Positions 31,242-40,595 of a DNA stretch of 64,000 nucleotides are shown piece by piece (within the stretch, counting starts at the first letter, position 1; every line of letters begins with the position of its first letter). The DNA lies in the IMG/VR virus record IMGVR_UViG_3300020122_000155, positions 1-64,000 of that record; one strand, 5' to 3'. This DNA comes from a virus. A program made the position numbers and the translations under genes. The notes under the pieces are model-generated. The model searched no databases and had not been told where the DNA came from. It was given only the letters and a program-made list of their open reading frames with translations.

Positions 31242-31604
31242 ATGCTCTCAAAGATAGTCGAGATCCGGGACAAAAACACTTTTATACCGGCCCTCTGCGT
31301 ACAACTTGGATCGGAACACGACCAGGAACGCTGGCTGATGTCCTCAGCCGGTTATGGCCGCGAGATCGAAGACCAGAAAGCCTATGTCGTATTGGTTAAG
31401 ATTGCCGGAGGCGAACCGTGCCACGCGCATATCGACCCGTTCGCATGGGGACAAAATCCGCGTACATACCACGTCGCGCACAACTGGATTCGCGATCACT
31501 TCGATGAGATCGAACCCGGCCAAGTCATCGACGTTCAGGTAACCCTAGGCGAGACAGATACGCCAAAGACCAGCGACCGCCACTATCACGGAGCCGCCAT
31601 ATGA
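31242..31604 (+). CDS. Hypothetical early protein
   Basis: AAGGAG SD; EIRD..TFIP, DPFAW..RT..AH.WI..HFD. Confidence 0.6.
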   Translation: MLSKIVEIRDKNTFIPALCVQLGSEHDQERWLMSSAGYGREIEDQKAYVVLVKIAGGEPCHAHIDPFAWGQNPRTYHVAHNWIRDHFDEIEPGQVIDVQVTLGETDTPKTSDRHYHGAAI

Positions 31605-31692
31605 CGCTCGCCTACATCCTGACCGCCGCGCAATGGGGCTGCTTCGTGCTCGGCGTTTACTTCGCGCTGTATGCCGTCTGGAGGGTTACCAA

Positions 31693-32175
31693 ATGAGCGA
31701 ACGACTCGACGCCATCAAAGCAAGATTGCAACGCGCTCAGCCGAGCGTTACTCAGCTTGAAGTGCTTCGCAATGCGATCTCGACGCGCGGAACATATTCC
31801 GGCGACGTTAAGCCTGCCGGACGACTGCGCCGCCTACCGATGAGCACCACATTGAACATCCTCAAGGCAAACGGATGGATCGAGGAGGGCCTATTCATCC
31901 GAGACGAAGCGCAGAGGTCACATCTCGCGCTCAGTCTTGAGCAACACGTGACAGCGGCAAAAGACGGATTGGCCACTGGCCTATCGTGGAAGATGGCGCT
32001 CACAGACCTGAAGCACGCCGCCGCACTCGACGCAACGCTGACGAAAACCGCCTACTGGATCACCGACGTTGGCAGGAAATTGGTGCCGACGCAGGCAATT
32101 TCACACATCAATGGCAACATCTACGACAACCGCCCTGAGAACTTGCGTATCGTGACGCTGAAGGAAAATCTATGA
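31693..32175 (+). CDS. Hypothetical protein with C-terminal HNH fragment
   Basis: GGAGG SD; ends ..SHINGNIYDNRPENLRIVT. Confidence 0.5.
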   Translation: MSERLDAIKARLQRAQPSVTQLEVLRNAISTRGTYSGDVKPAGRLRRLPMSTTLNILKANGWIEEGLFIRDEAQRSHLALSLEQHVTAAKDGLATGLSWKMALTDLKHAAALDATLTKTAYWITDVGRKLVPTQAISHINGNIYDNRPENLRIVTLKENL

Positions 32176-32529
32176 GCTACGACATTTATCTGAACGATGC
32201 GGACGGAGAAACTCTTAATCTCCCGTCTCGCCACGTCCTAAAAGGCGGAACCTATGCACTTGGAGGAACATCCCAAGCATGGCTGAATATCACTTACAAC
32301 TACGCGCCATTTTTTTTACAAGCTGATCGACGCGGAGAAGGGAATCCGCGCGATCTACGGAAAAACCGGGCGCGAGTGTATTCCCATTCTCGAATCCGCC
32401 ATCAAGGAACTCGGCACGGAACGCGATACAGAGTACTGGAAAGCGACGCCGGGGAATGCCGGTGCGGCACTAGCCGATCTGCTAACGCTTGCAGTCGCTT
32501 TACCTGACGGCATTTTCGATGGCGACTAG
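32172..32529 (+). pseudogene. Phage protein frameshifted at a T8 run
   Basis: T8 at 32310-32317; T7 gives a continuous ..NITYNYAPFFYKLIDAEKGIRAIYGKTG..YWKATPGNAGAAL..PDGIFDGD*. Confidence 0.65.
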
Positions 32530-33850
32530 CTTTCTCGCCGGGTGAACTTCCCGCCGCTTCCTCGAACGACCCCTGAGCAACGCGGGCATACGGAAACCGC
32601 CGACGATTTGACTTTACGGCCAATCGCAAGCTGGTATCCCAGTGCGAACGCGACCGCCGCCGTCAGAAGTTCTAGACCAAATATTCCAAAACCCATTTGT
32701 CCGCTCGCTCCCGCGCAATTTCCTCAGTTAATCCACTGGCAATGCAGCTGATCATCCGTCCTGAAAGCATAGAAAAACCATGCTAGCTTGACGATGACGT
32801 AGCTGACTTCGCCTTGGGCTTCAGGATGCTCCTCAGCCATTCGTTCACCAACCTGAGACTCTGTAGTTCCCGCTCGCGATATGGCTCCGTGGCTTGCGCG
32901 AGAACGCTTTGGCGATATAGTAGCCGCGCCGTTTCGTTCTTGTCGCGCTTTGCTCCGTCGCTCCAGAAGGTTGCCATTCACGCTGATGCCGCCGAAGTCT
33001 TGCCAGGGGCACGTTTCAATAGCCCACCCGATGGAGGCCGAAACCGGCGCGCAAAGAAGTCTGGAGGCTTGATGCCGATGGATCGCAGGAAATCGCACAG
33101 CCGCGAAACTTCAGACGGTTCATGGCTCAGTAGAAATTCGATTTTCTCACGGTCGCTTTCGATCTGAGCGCGCCAACGTCCCCATCCCGTATTCACTTAT
33201 GGCCCGCTTCCCGCCTGCGCTGTAGCTCAGCTAGCCATGCCACACGCGCGGGGTCATCTTCGTCCGAACGGGCTACAGAATATCTCTTGCCGTCACGCCG
33301 CGCATCGACTGCCGTCTTACGCACGGCTGGTGCGTCGTAGTCAGGTCCTCGCCCGTAGTCGTCAGGAGACAACCGCAACGTGTTCATAACTCAACCGATG
33401 GACCTCGTTGACTGACAGCCAGGGGTACCCTTCAAAGCAAAGACGAAGCCGACATTGAGCGCCTGCTTGAACCCTTCCCCGTCATGACTGAAGGCCGCTA
33501 AGCTTGTCCGTGGCTTCTCAAATGCCCTCCGCAAGTTCCCTCGTTTGTTGAACTTGAGAGTGAAGTGCCCGCGATTTAGCCAGAGGAAAACGTAATCGAC
33601 GTACTCCACCTTGCCGGAGCACCACTGAAGAGGTATCAGGCCGTCTGATTGTTTAGACACGAGGGGTATTGGAGGCTCAGTCGGGATCAACTACGGCGCG
33701 ATCCGGCGCTTTACTTCTGGCGGTTGATGAGCGTTGCCCGCATGGAAACACACTCCGGCCCGCAAGCATCTACCGGGGATCGGTGAAGGGAATCCACGTC
33801 GTGAGCATAATCCGCCAACTCAGTAATGTCAAGTTTTTGTTTTGAGAAAG

Positions 33851-34114
33851 TTACGAGGAGGGAGCTAAAAGGACGTGGATTGTTCGGCCAATTGTACGAG
33901 TCGATATTCGCCAATCCCCGCTATGGTATCGCTTGCCAATCATGAGAATTGTTGAGCGGAATTGGGGGACTTTCATTTCAGGAGGGCAGGATATTTGCAG
34001 GGTTTCCCCTGGCTCAAGTGATTCTATTTTACTTGCTAAAAAAGACCAGTCGGCCCGTTGACCTTGCTTTGCAAGATCGCTGAGCCGACCTTTTTGTATC
34101 GTGATCTTCGCCAC
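33851..34114 (-). CDS. Small hypothetical protein
   Basis: Last gene of the TROVE operon, tightly spaced. Confidence 0.5.
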   Translation of the reverse strand: MAKITIQKGRLSDLAKQGQRADWSFLASKIESLEPGETLQISCPPEMKVPQFRSTILMIGKRYHSGDWRISTRTIGRTIHVLLAPSS

Positions 34115-34117
34115 GCC

Positions 34118-34444
34118 TTATCGTGCGGCCTTCGCTTTTCCGAGGCCGAGCTTGTTTTGCAAATCGGCCAACCGGCGCTGCGCTTCCGTGCGCTTCTCGC
34201 TGACCGTCTTGTAGCCTTCCAGTTCGGCTTCGAGTTCGCGCATCCGCGCCAGATCCGAAGCATGGGTACGCCGCTCAATCTCCGTGCGGAGCGTACTCTG
34301 CGCCGTCTGGAGCCACTGAGGGACCGGCAACTCCAATTCGGTGAACTCACTGTCCAGCGTGCGAGCCTCAGCCGACAACGCCACGGCATCCTCCAAATCC
34401 AGGAGCCGATCAACGTTCAACTGCTTTAGTGTTTGGATCGACAT
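34118..34444 (-). CDS. Coiled-coil hypothetical protein
   Basis: GAGGAG SD; helical. Confidence 0.6.
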   Translation of the reverse strand: MSIQTLKQLNVDRLLDLEDAVALSAEARTLDSEFTELELPVPQWLQTAQSTLRTEIERRTHASDLARMRELEAELEGYKTVSEKRTEAQRRLADLQNKLGLGKAKAAR

Positions 34445-34457
34445 TTTTCTCCTCTCC

Positions 34458-35045
34458 TCACCGCGACCTTGGCTTTGCGGTGATCGCTCTCAATTTGTCC
34501 AATTGCCTCACCAAGTCTTCGTTTGCATTCTGCGCCGCTGGCGAAAGATTCCCGACGCGCTTCATGTACTCGCCGGAATCAATCCAAGCTTCGTATTCCA
34601 TATTCCCGCGCGTTTTATTGCACTTCTTGCACGCCGAAACCAAATTGTCCTCGACCGTCGCGCCGCCATTTTCCCACAGAATCACATGGTCAACAGTTAG
34701 CGGAGCCTTAGCGCCGCAGTACCGGCAACGGTACCCGTCCCGCTCGAAGACGCGCCACGCCATCCACTGATCGATTTGTCGCTGGCTCTTACGGAGCACG
34801 GCTTTCCCCGGTCCCTGAACTTCGAGCACATCGCTCTGATTTAGGAATCGCTCCCACTCCGCGCCGTCCAGATTCAGAACTTCCCAAATATCGGTTAGCT
34901 CCTCATCCGGCAGCGGGACTACGAACGTCCGCCCCTCGCCGGTCCACACAGCACCGGCAAGCTGAATCGTATTCCCAATCGCCAGCAGGTCCAGTTGATC
35001 GAACGTCACCGGCTCCGAACTGATCGAGCACATTCTGGCGATCAT
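34458..35045 (-). CDS. HNH nuclease with uncharacterised N-terminal domain
   Basis: VFERDGYRCRYCG..LTVDHV..GG....NLVSACKKCNKTRG; ATGA overlap with the TROVE stop. Confidence 0.85.
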   Translation of the reverse strand: MIARMCSISSEPVTFDQLDLLAIGNTIQLAGAVWTGEGRTFVVPLPDEELTDIWEVLNLDGAEWERFLNQSDVLEVQGPGKAVLRKSQRQIDQWMAWRVFERDGYRCRYCGAKAPLTVDHVILWENGGATVEDNLVSACKKCNKTRGNMEYEAWIDSGEYMKRVGNLSPAAQNANEDLVRQLDKLRAITAKPRSR

Positions 35046-36574
35046 GCGTGCTGCACCAGCGCCGGTAAGACCTGATCCAACGTCACCAACGGGCACGCCA
35101 TGATCTTTTCGACCACGCCAAATCGCGAAGCATTCATCGATTGCACGATATTCGGGATGCTGTAATAATCCACAGCACCACTCGTCAAATCGAACTCCGT
35201 GAACTGTCGCCCGACGCTGCCCATAATCTGCCCGAACATCCGAGGGTCAGGCTGACCAGGAGGACAGAAAGTCCGGTAAAGATACGTTGGAAGTACCTTG
35301 CCGAACCGCTTCTCATAGGCTATGTGCGCCTGAGCGTAGTGCTGCGTATTTTCCCCTCCGTCGCCGACAATCGCCACGCCGTCAAGCTGCAACCCTTTTT
35401 CGATTGCCCATGCGAGCCCGACGCCGTAGGACGTATTACCAGCCGCGATCACTAGCTTAGTCCGCGCCTGTAACTCCTCCAGCGTCTTTCCGGTCGCCTC
35501 CATCGGCGTCACGTCCGAGTTACAGAACACCAGCCACACTTGCCCGGTAACGAACTTTGCGATAGCCGCTGCGATGTGCGTACCAAGCGCAATCGCCGTT
35601 TGCTGGCTTGCGCTACGGTCACAAATCACCAGCCAGTTGCCGTCGATCCCTCGCCCCGATTCCTTCTGAGCCTGAATCTGCCGCTCCTGAAGTTCCCGCA
35701 GCATCGTCTTCATGCTCTCGTCTTCGACTTCATCCGCCGCGACCGAGGTCTTAAGCGTAGCCTTTTTGCTCTTGGTCGCCTTCGATACTTTCTTTCGAAA
35801 GGCGTCTTTCAGCACGGCATCCTTGCCGACGCCGCGCTTCTCCAGACTTTTCGCGCGGCTGACGACTTCCGTATCGCTCATCTGATCCATCGTGGCCTGA
35901 ACGACCTTCGCATCGTCCTGCTTCGCCTTCGCGCCAGCAAGCGCCCCGCTGACCACCAGCGGAGAAAGATGCCACTTCTGAATCGCCGCCGCGACCTGCG
36001 CGGAATCCATCAGCTTCAAATTGGCGATGTCTGCAAAAATCGATCCGGGGAGATACTGAGCGCTGATCGGCTTCCGATTTTCCTTGTCCTGATTCTTGAA
36101 CAGCAACGCCGATGCCCACGGTGCCATTGGCGCATGGGTCCGCGCATACAGATCACGCAAGCTGCGCCGATGCCGCACCGCCAAGCGGTTCCACTTACCC
36201 GGCTCCGATTCCTTGACTGCCAGATAGCGCCGGATCGTTTTCTCCAGCAACTTCTGACGCCGCGCCGGAGCGCCGCTGTCAATCGAGAACTTCAGCGCCT
36301 TTACCAGTTCGCGCGGCGGCTGCATCGCAAGATGCGCCACGGAGTTCTCGACCAATTCATCCGGGAACTCTTTTGACGCCAGCGTGATCACTGGCAGCGC
36401 AATCTTCGTGTCCTTGATTTGCCCATTAACGAAATCGTAGGCAATCAAGTGCGCCATGAACTCGGCGTCCTCTTTGCACGCCTGCCCAATCACCGCGTTG
36501 TATTCTGTGAGTTTTCCGTGAACTGAGAGGTTAAGCTTGTTCAGGATTTCAGAGCGAACCAGACCTTTTTCCAT
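35042..36574 (-). CDS. TROVE/Ro60-like protein with C-terminal vWA domain
   Basis: EDAEFMAHLIAY and RRSLRDLYARTH.P resemble TROVE helices; MIDAS D.S.S (ICDRSAS) and GDGGEN; about 510 aa; adjacent Y-RNA-like genes. Confidence 0.75.
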   Translation of the reverse strand: MEKGLVRSEILNKLNLSVHGKLTEYNAVIGQACKEDAEFMAHLIAYDFVNGQIKDTKIALPVITLASKEFPDELVENSVAHLAMQPPRELVKALKFSIDSGAPARRQKLLEKTIRRYLAVKESEPGKWNRLAVRHRRSLRDLYARTHAPMAPWASALLFKNQDKENRKPISAQYLPGSIFADIANLKLMDSAQVAAAIQKWHLSPLVVSGALAGAKAKQDDAKVVQATMDQMSDTEVVSRAKSLEKRGVGKDAVLKDAFRKKVSKATKSKKATLKTSVAADEVEDESMKTMLRELQERQIQAQKESGRGIDGNWLVICDRSASQQTAIALGTHIAAAIAKFVTGQVWLVFCNSDVTPMEATGKTLEELQARTKLVIAAGNTSYGVGLAWAIEKGLQLDGVAIVGDGGENTQHYAQAHIAYEKRFGKVLPTYLYRTFCPPGQPDPRMFGQIMGSVGRQFTEFDLTSGAVDYYSIPNIVQSMNASRFGVVEKIMACPLVTLDQVLPALVQHA

Positions 36575-36582
36575 AAAAGTAA

Positions 36583-36704
36583 TGGCGGCATATCGGTCGA
36601 GCAATATCCCTTGCGGGACGGTTGGAGTCGAACCAACTACCTATTGATTTCAAGTCAATTGCTCTAGCCAAATGAGCTACGTGTACGTCGGCCAGTCGCC
36701 GCCA
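36583..36704 (-). ncRNA. Y-RNA-like tRNA mimic 1 (terminal stem replaces acceptor stem; anticodon loop UGA)
   Basis: UGGCGGC/GCCGCCA closing stem; D arm GCUC/GAGC; AUUGA-CUUGAAA-UCAAU; T arm GUUGG-UUCGACU-CCAAC. Confidence 0.8.
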
Positions 36705-36711
36705 AATTCGA

Positions 36712-36856
36712 AGGAAGTTATATCGGTGGACTTTAGTGCTTTTGGAACTGACGCTCTACCGTTGAGCTACTCCCCCATAAGTGTTTTGGGGGAAGAAGGG
36801 AATCGAACCCTCAACATTCAGTGTAATGGCGTGTATGTCCGCACAGTCAACTTCCT
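36712..36856 (-). ncRNA. Y-RNA-like tRNA mimic 2 (YrlA-type, opened at the anticodon loop)
   Basis: AGGAAGUU/AACUUCCU closing stem; order ACUGA, T arm (GAGGG-UUCGAUU-CCCUU), loop-closed acceptor, D arm, UCAGU-UCCAAA. Confidence 0.85.
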
Positions 36857-36894
36857 AACTCACTGCCCGCTAAACAACAACCGGGCGAACTTTA

Positions 36895-37053
36895 CGAGGC
36901 ATATCGATGGACCGTGTTTGCTGAATGCAACCTTAGAAGGGTTGTGCCTTAACCGTTAGGCTACTCCCGCGCTCATGGCTCAAAAAAGAGCAATCAGAGC
37001 GGGAGGCTGGAATCGAACCAACATATTTGCGTGTATGTCCGTCACTCGCCTCG
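36895..37053 (-). ncRNA. Y-RNA-like tRNA mimic 3 (opened at the variable loop; intact UCU anticodon arm)
   Basis: CGAGGC/GCCUCG closing stem; T arm, acceptor CUCCCGC/GCGGGAG joined by a hairpin, D arm, CAACC-CUUCUAA-GGUUG. Confidence 0.85.
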
Positions 37054-37060
37054 AAGAAAT

Positions 37061-37090
37061 AGATTACCTTGTTACCTCGTTACCTGTCAA
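37061..37090 (-). promoter_or_regulatory. Sigma70 promoter of the Y-RNA/TROVE operon with three AGGTAA direct repeats
   Basis: TTGACA-18nt-TAATCT; predicted start coincides with the 5' end of RNA 3; AGGTAA repeated with an 8-bp period. Confidence 0.7.
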
Positions 37091-37395
37091 GAACTATTTT
37101 TAGGAATCTTTCACGCCGCCATCAGCGCCATCTTGTGCTCCGCGCATGGACCGTTGGGTTGAGTAGTAGCGGGGGAACCAGCCTCTTGTTCTCTTGGGTC
37201 GTTGAGTTGCTCTCGAACGTATTCCAATCGGCCATTGCAACTACCGGCCTTTTGTTCACCGCCGCAATCACTCACAACCATCGGCGGCTACTCGTCATGC
37301 CCGTCTTCCCAAGGTCCCATACTGCGAGGACTTCCGGCTCCCCCTATCGTGGTGGGATGTCGAAATAAAATGCTATCACTAAAACGCTGATCCGG

Positions 37396-37806
37396 TCAAC
37401 GGATTTCTTTGGAAGGTATGATGCTCACACGCAGCCCAGGATGCAGGGCTTTTAGCAACCGAAGTTTGAGAGAAAAAACCGCAGTGACCATGCCTTTCAC
37501 GTCGATTAGCTCCTTGGTCTGGTCGTGGTGTAATAGCTCGAAATCAAAGATCATCTTGCAGACCGTTACGCCGTTCACCTTCAGCGGGACGGGTACCTGA
37601 CAGTAATATTCCTCGATGTCTCCTACTCGCTTGCGTTGTTCCAGCATGGCGCAATAACGACACTCCGCTTGGCTGTCAAACGTTCGTCCGTTGAACGTCC
37701 GCGCCTGCTTGCCGGCGTCTGATACATCCACGCCGTATTTGCTCTTAAGTTTTCCGCCACCCAGCCCCATCCGGCGCGCTGCCGATTCTGAGATACGGAG
37801 CGTCAC
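37396..37806 (-). CDS. DUF1064-like PD-(D/E)xK nuclease
   Basis: SKYG..TFDSQAE.RY..L...G.I...Q..DF..DVKG..T.VF.LK. Confidence 0.8.
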   Translation of the reverse strand: MTLRISESAARRMGLGGGKLKSKYGVDVSDAGKQARTFNGRTFDSQAECRYCAMLEQRKRVGDIEEYYCQVPVPLKVNGVTVCKMIFDFELLHHDQTKELIDVKGMVTAVFSLKLRLLKALHPGLRVSIIPSKEIR

Positions 37807-38345
37807 GGCTTCGCCCGCAATTCCGCGATGGCTGCATCGATGTCGTCAAGCCGCTGCTTTACCGCCCAGTCGGGAATCTGCACCGCCGCGAAGCTATTGA
37901 CAACGTACCCTCGCTCGTCTTTCGTCTGAACCGACACCACGTAATTCGCTAGATAATGGCGCAGAAATGCGGCATCGGCACACAACGTATTCAGTGGATC
38001 TGTCTCTGATTCGTTCACCTGCACAACTCCCTGCTTTTTTCGAGACAAGCCCATACCGCCGCTGGATTATCGTGATCGGCGGTAAGAATCTCGAACAGAT
38101 CGGTGCAAAGAGACAGTAGATACTTCGCGCGCGCCTCATCGCCTCGTTCCGCCGCTTCGAGGCAGGCATCCCTTAAAATCAGTCGCACTCTTATAAGCTC
38201 CTCACGAGATACCATCATCGCTTGGCGTGCTTTGCCTTCGCGCACTCCACGCAGTACTTGCGAGTGCGGCTATTCGTCACCACTGATTTGAGGCAACGCC
38301 TGCACTTGATGCGCTGCCGCCGATTTTCGAGACAGAGGGACATGG

Positions 38346-38696
38346 CTACTCTTCGGAGAATAGCGGCCCCGGTCGATCCGCTTCCGTCATCGGAACCGTC
38401 TTGATGACAGCGAGCGTGCGCTGGCAAATATACTGTTTCATGCCTTTCGTCGGCTGATCGAAAACAACGTCGCAGGGAGTCGGCGTGATCTCATAACCAC
38501 GCGTGATTTTTGTTGAAAGATCGCTGATGGCGGTCTCGCACTGGTTGATCTCATCCTTGAAGTGATCTGCCGCCTGCTTTTTCTGTTCTTCGAGCGAACG
38601 GATTTGTTCGTGCATCTGCGCCGCGAGCTTGCCCATTTCGAGAATCTCCGCGTCCGAGAATTGACGCTGGACGTGCTCGATGTATTGATTGTTCAT
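38346..38696 (-). CDS. Hypothetical phage protein
   Basis: AAGGAG SD; coiled coil. Confidence 0.55.
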   Translation of the reverse strand: MNNQYIEHVQRQFSDAEILEMGKLAAQMHEQIRSLEEQKKQAADHFKDEINQCETAISDLSTKITRGYEITPTPCDVVFDQPTKGMKQYICQRTLAVIKTVPMTEADRPGPLFSEE

Positions 38697-39104
38697 TTTT
38701 CTCCTTAAAGTCTTAGCAGGGCACCGTCTTGTATTGCCCGTTGAGCGAAACCTTGACGCCGCGAGCCACCTGCTTACCCAAGTCCGTTAGGACGTAGCCC
38801 CTTTCTTTGTTGCGCTCTAGCCGCGAGAACTCATCGAGCTTGTTTAAATGCTTTTGGATCGCGGACTGATCGTGCTTGGCTGCTGCTATCTTGATGGCGT
38901 TCCAGCATTCTTTCTTATCGGCATCACGATTAGGCGGCTCGACTGCTACTAGACGCATTATGCCGAGGTCAACCAATCCGCAGCACCGATAATCCGAGAT
39001 CGTTTTGGGAGCGTTCGTAGCGGCCTTCATGATCGCCCGCGTCTCATCGGCAGTCAGCCGAATAGTGGCCGTATCGATTACCTTGGTGGAAGTCTCTGAC
39101 TGTT

Positions 39105-39521
39105 TCATTTTCCCTCGCAATTCGTTTGTTCCGCGATTCGAATCCCCGCATCCAACCCAGTCCCGGCGAGCACCAGCGCCGTATATTTTTCATTCGGCAA
39201 GTTGTAGCGCTTTACAATCTCGCCTATGGTCCACTCCGCCCGCTTCTCGACGTGCCGCTTGAGCGCTTCGAAGCTCTCCGCGTCCGACCTCCAGCGAGCG
39301 TACCCTAGCGGCCCAGGACGTGCCCCGGCTTGATTAGCAAAGAGTAAGCAGCCCACGTTTCTAGGGCAATTTTCGTGCGCGGCAATCGCCTTTGCGACGG
39401 CCTCCACGTAGTAGCTGCGCTCATCGATGCAAACCGCGTGAAACGTTGGCGCGATCAGGTTAGACTTGGGCGCTAACAGAGTCAGCAGCGATGGCAAAAC
39501 GATGCGAAAGAAATACTTCAC
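39105..39521 (-). CDS. Putative lysozyme-like/muramidase protein
   Basis: AIA.HE..N.G.L...GYA.W....F.AL...TI.EIVKRY pattern; hydrophobic N-terminus. Confidence 0.4.
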   Translation of the reverse strand: MKYFFRIVLPSLLTLLAPKSNLIAPTFHAVCIDERSYYVEAVAKAIAAHENCPRNVGCLLFANQAGARPGPLGYARWRSDAESFEALKRHVEKRAEWTIGEIVKRYNLPNEKYTALVLAGTGLDAGIRIAEQTNCEGK

Positions 39522-39652
39522 TTACCCTGCTTTCGCTTTCGCGCCAGTGCCGCCGCTTTGCTAGCTTTCGTAGCCCGCGCGATTCGTTCGGCTTGCGTCA
39601 TCGTCTCAAGGCTCCGCTTACCGCCCTTGCGGCCCATTTCCGCAGCGGTCAT
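39518..39652 (-). CDS. Small basic KGG-motif protein (44 aa)
   Basis: MTAAEMGRKGGKRSLETMTQAERIARATKASKAAALARKRKQGK; TTGACA-17-TAGCAT promoter upstream. Confidence 0.5.
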   Translation of the reverse strand: MTAAEMGRKGGKRSLETMTQAERIARATKASKAAALARKRKQGK

Positions 39653-39754
39653 GATTTTTCTACTTGACATGCTATACCTTAGCGATTAGGCTGTCAATAG
39701 CGTGATCGAAAGATAACGCCGGTCGCCCGATTCCCAGTTCTATAAGGCGGGGAG

Positions 39755-40020
39755 ATGTTCTCTGCCGACGAGTGTACGCGCCATGCAGTTCAGCGGGTGT
39801 TCCGCTTGAATGGTGTGATCCGCAAGAGCGTACAGAGGGACCCTCTAGGTCGTTAGGGGCAGTAGCCGTGAGGTACTGATAGCAGAATGAGGGAAAGAAA
39901 ACAGGATCGCGTCTCCGAGAGCAAGCACGCGGTGACAATCGACGGTTGGCTCCGTTGGCATGTCGCATTTGAGAATTGGAGCGGTGCGCCGCCCTCTTCT
40001 CAGTGTGCCTGCTCTCTGAT
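39755..40020 (+). ncRNA. Putative structured RNA upstream of a small HNH gene
   Basis: Pairings 39773-79/39828-34, 39841-45/39889-93 and 39917-28/40005-16; GNRA-capped hairpin 39860-78. Confidence 0.5.
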
Positions 40021-40037
40021 TCCACCATCAGCATAAC

Positions 40038-40391
40038 ATGCAAAACGAACAAGATGCATACGACAACATGAACGCAAACAAGTTCCTTGTAGGCGTTCAG
40101 AAGCGAGAAATAAAGGAACGAAAACTGAGGAAGAAACTCCTCAAGTTCCTGCGCCAGGATAGCATTCCGTGGCGACATCGTTACCGCGAGTACATCAATT
40201 CCATGCGTTGGAAAAATCTCCGCAAAAGAATAATTGCGGAGCGCGGTAGGATCTGCGAAAGATGCGGTAGCGCCGAGATTTCCGTCGATATTCATCACCT
40301 AACCTATGTTCGCCTTGGAAGCGAACTCCCTTCGGATTTGAAGCTGCTTTGCCGTCCATGCCACAAGCTTATGCACCCCGGATGGAAGTGA
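40038..40391 (+). CDS. Small HNH endonuclease
   Basis: Y.EY.NS..W...R....CERCG..DIHHLTY.RLG.E...DL..LC..CH. Confidence 0.85.
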   Translation: MQNEQDAYDNMNANKFLVGVQKREIKERKLRKKLLKFLRQDSIPWRHRYREYINSMRWKNLRKRIIAERGRICERCGSAEISVDIHHLTYVRLGSELPSDLKLLCRPCHKLMHPGWK

Positions 40392-40595
40392 TCAGAGACT
40401 TTTCCGTCCGCTCAGTTCGCGCGTGCTTCTCACGGTACTGCCTGTGCGCTTCCCGATACGCTTCGCGGCCTGCCTGATGCGAGAACAACCAGACGCTAAA
40501 CGCTTTCGCCGCCTTGGGACTCTCGCGCAGCACCAGCAAGCCGCAGCCACAGCCGACCACGATCAGCAGCAGAAACGGATTTACGGTGTCCATGC

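Noticed and set aside
36575-36604. ORF-track start of the TROVE gene at 36604
   Set aside because: It falls within the 3' stem of RNA 1; ATG 36574 is more plausible.
36583-37053. Ordinary tRNA genes (Ser/Trp/Arg)
   Set aside because: There are no free acceptor ends or CCA; the arm order is permuted in two, and all are embedded in a shared terminal stem.
39672-40298. 208-aa minus-strand ORF
   Set aside because: Antisense to the HNH gene and structured RNA; not protein-like.
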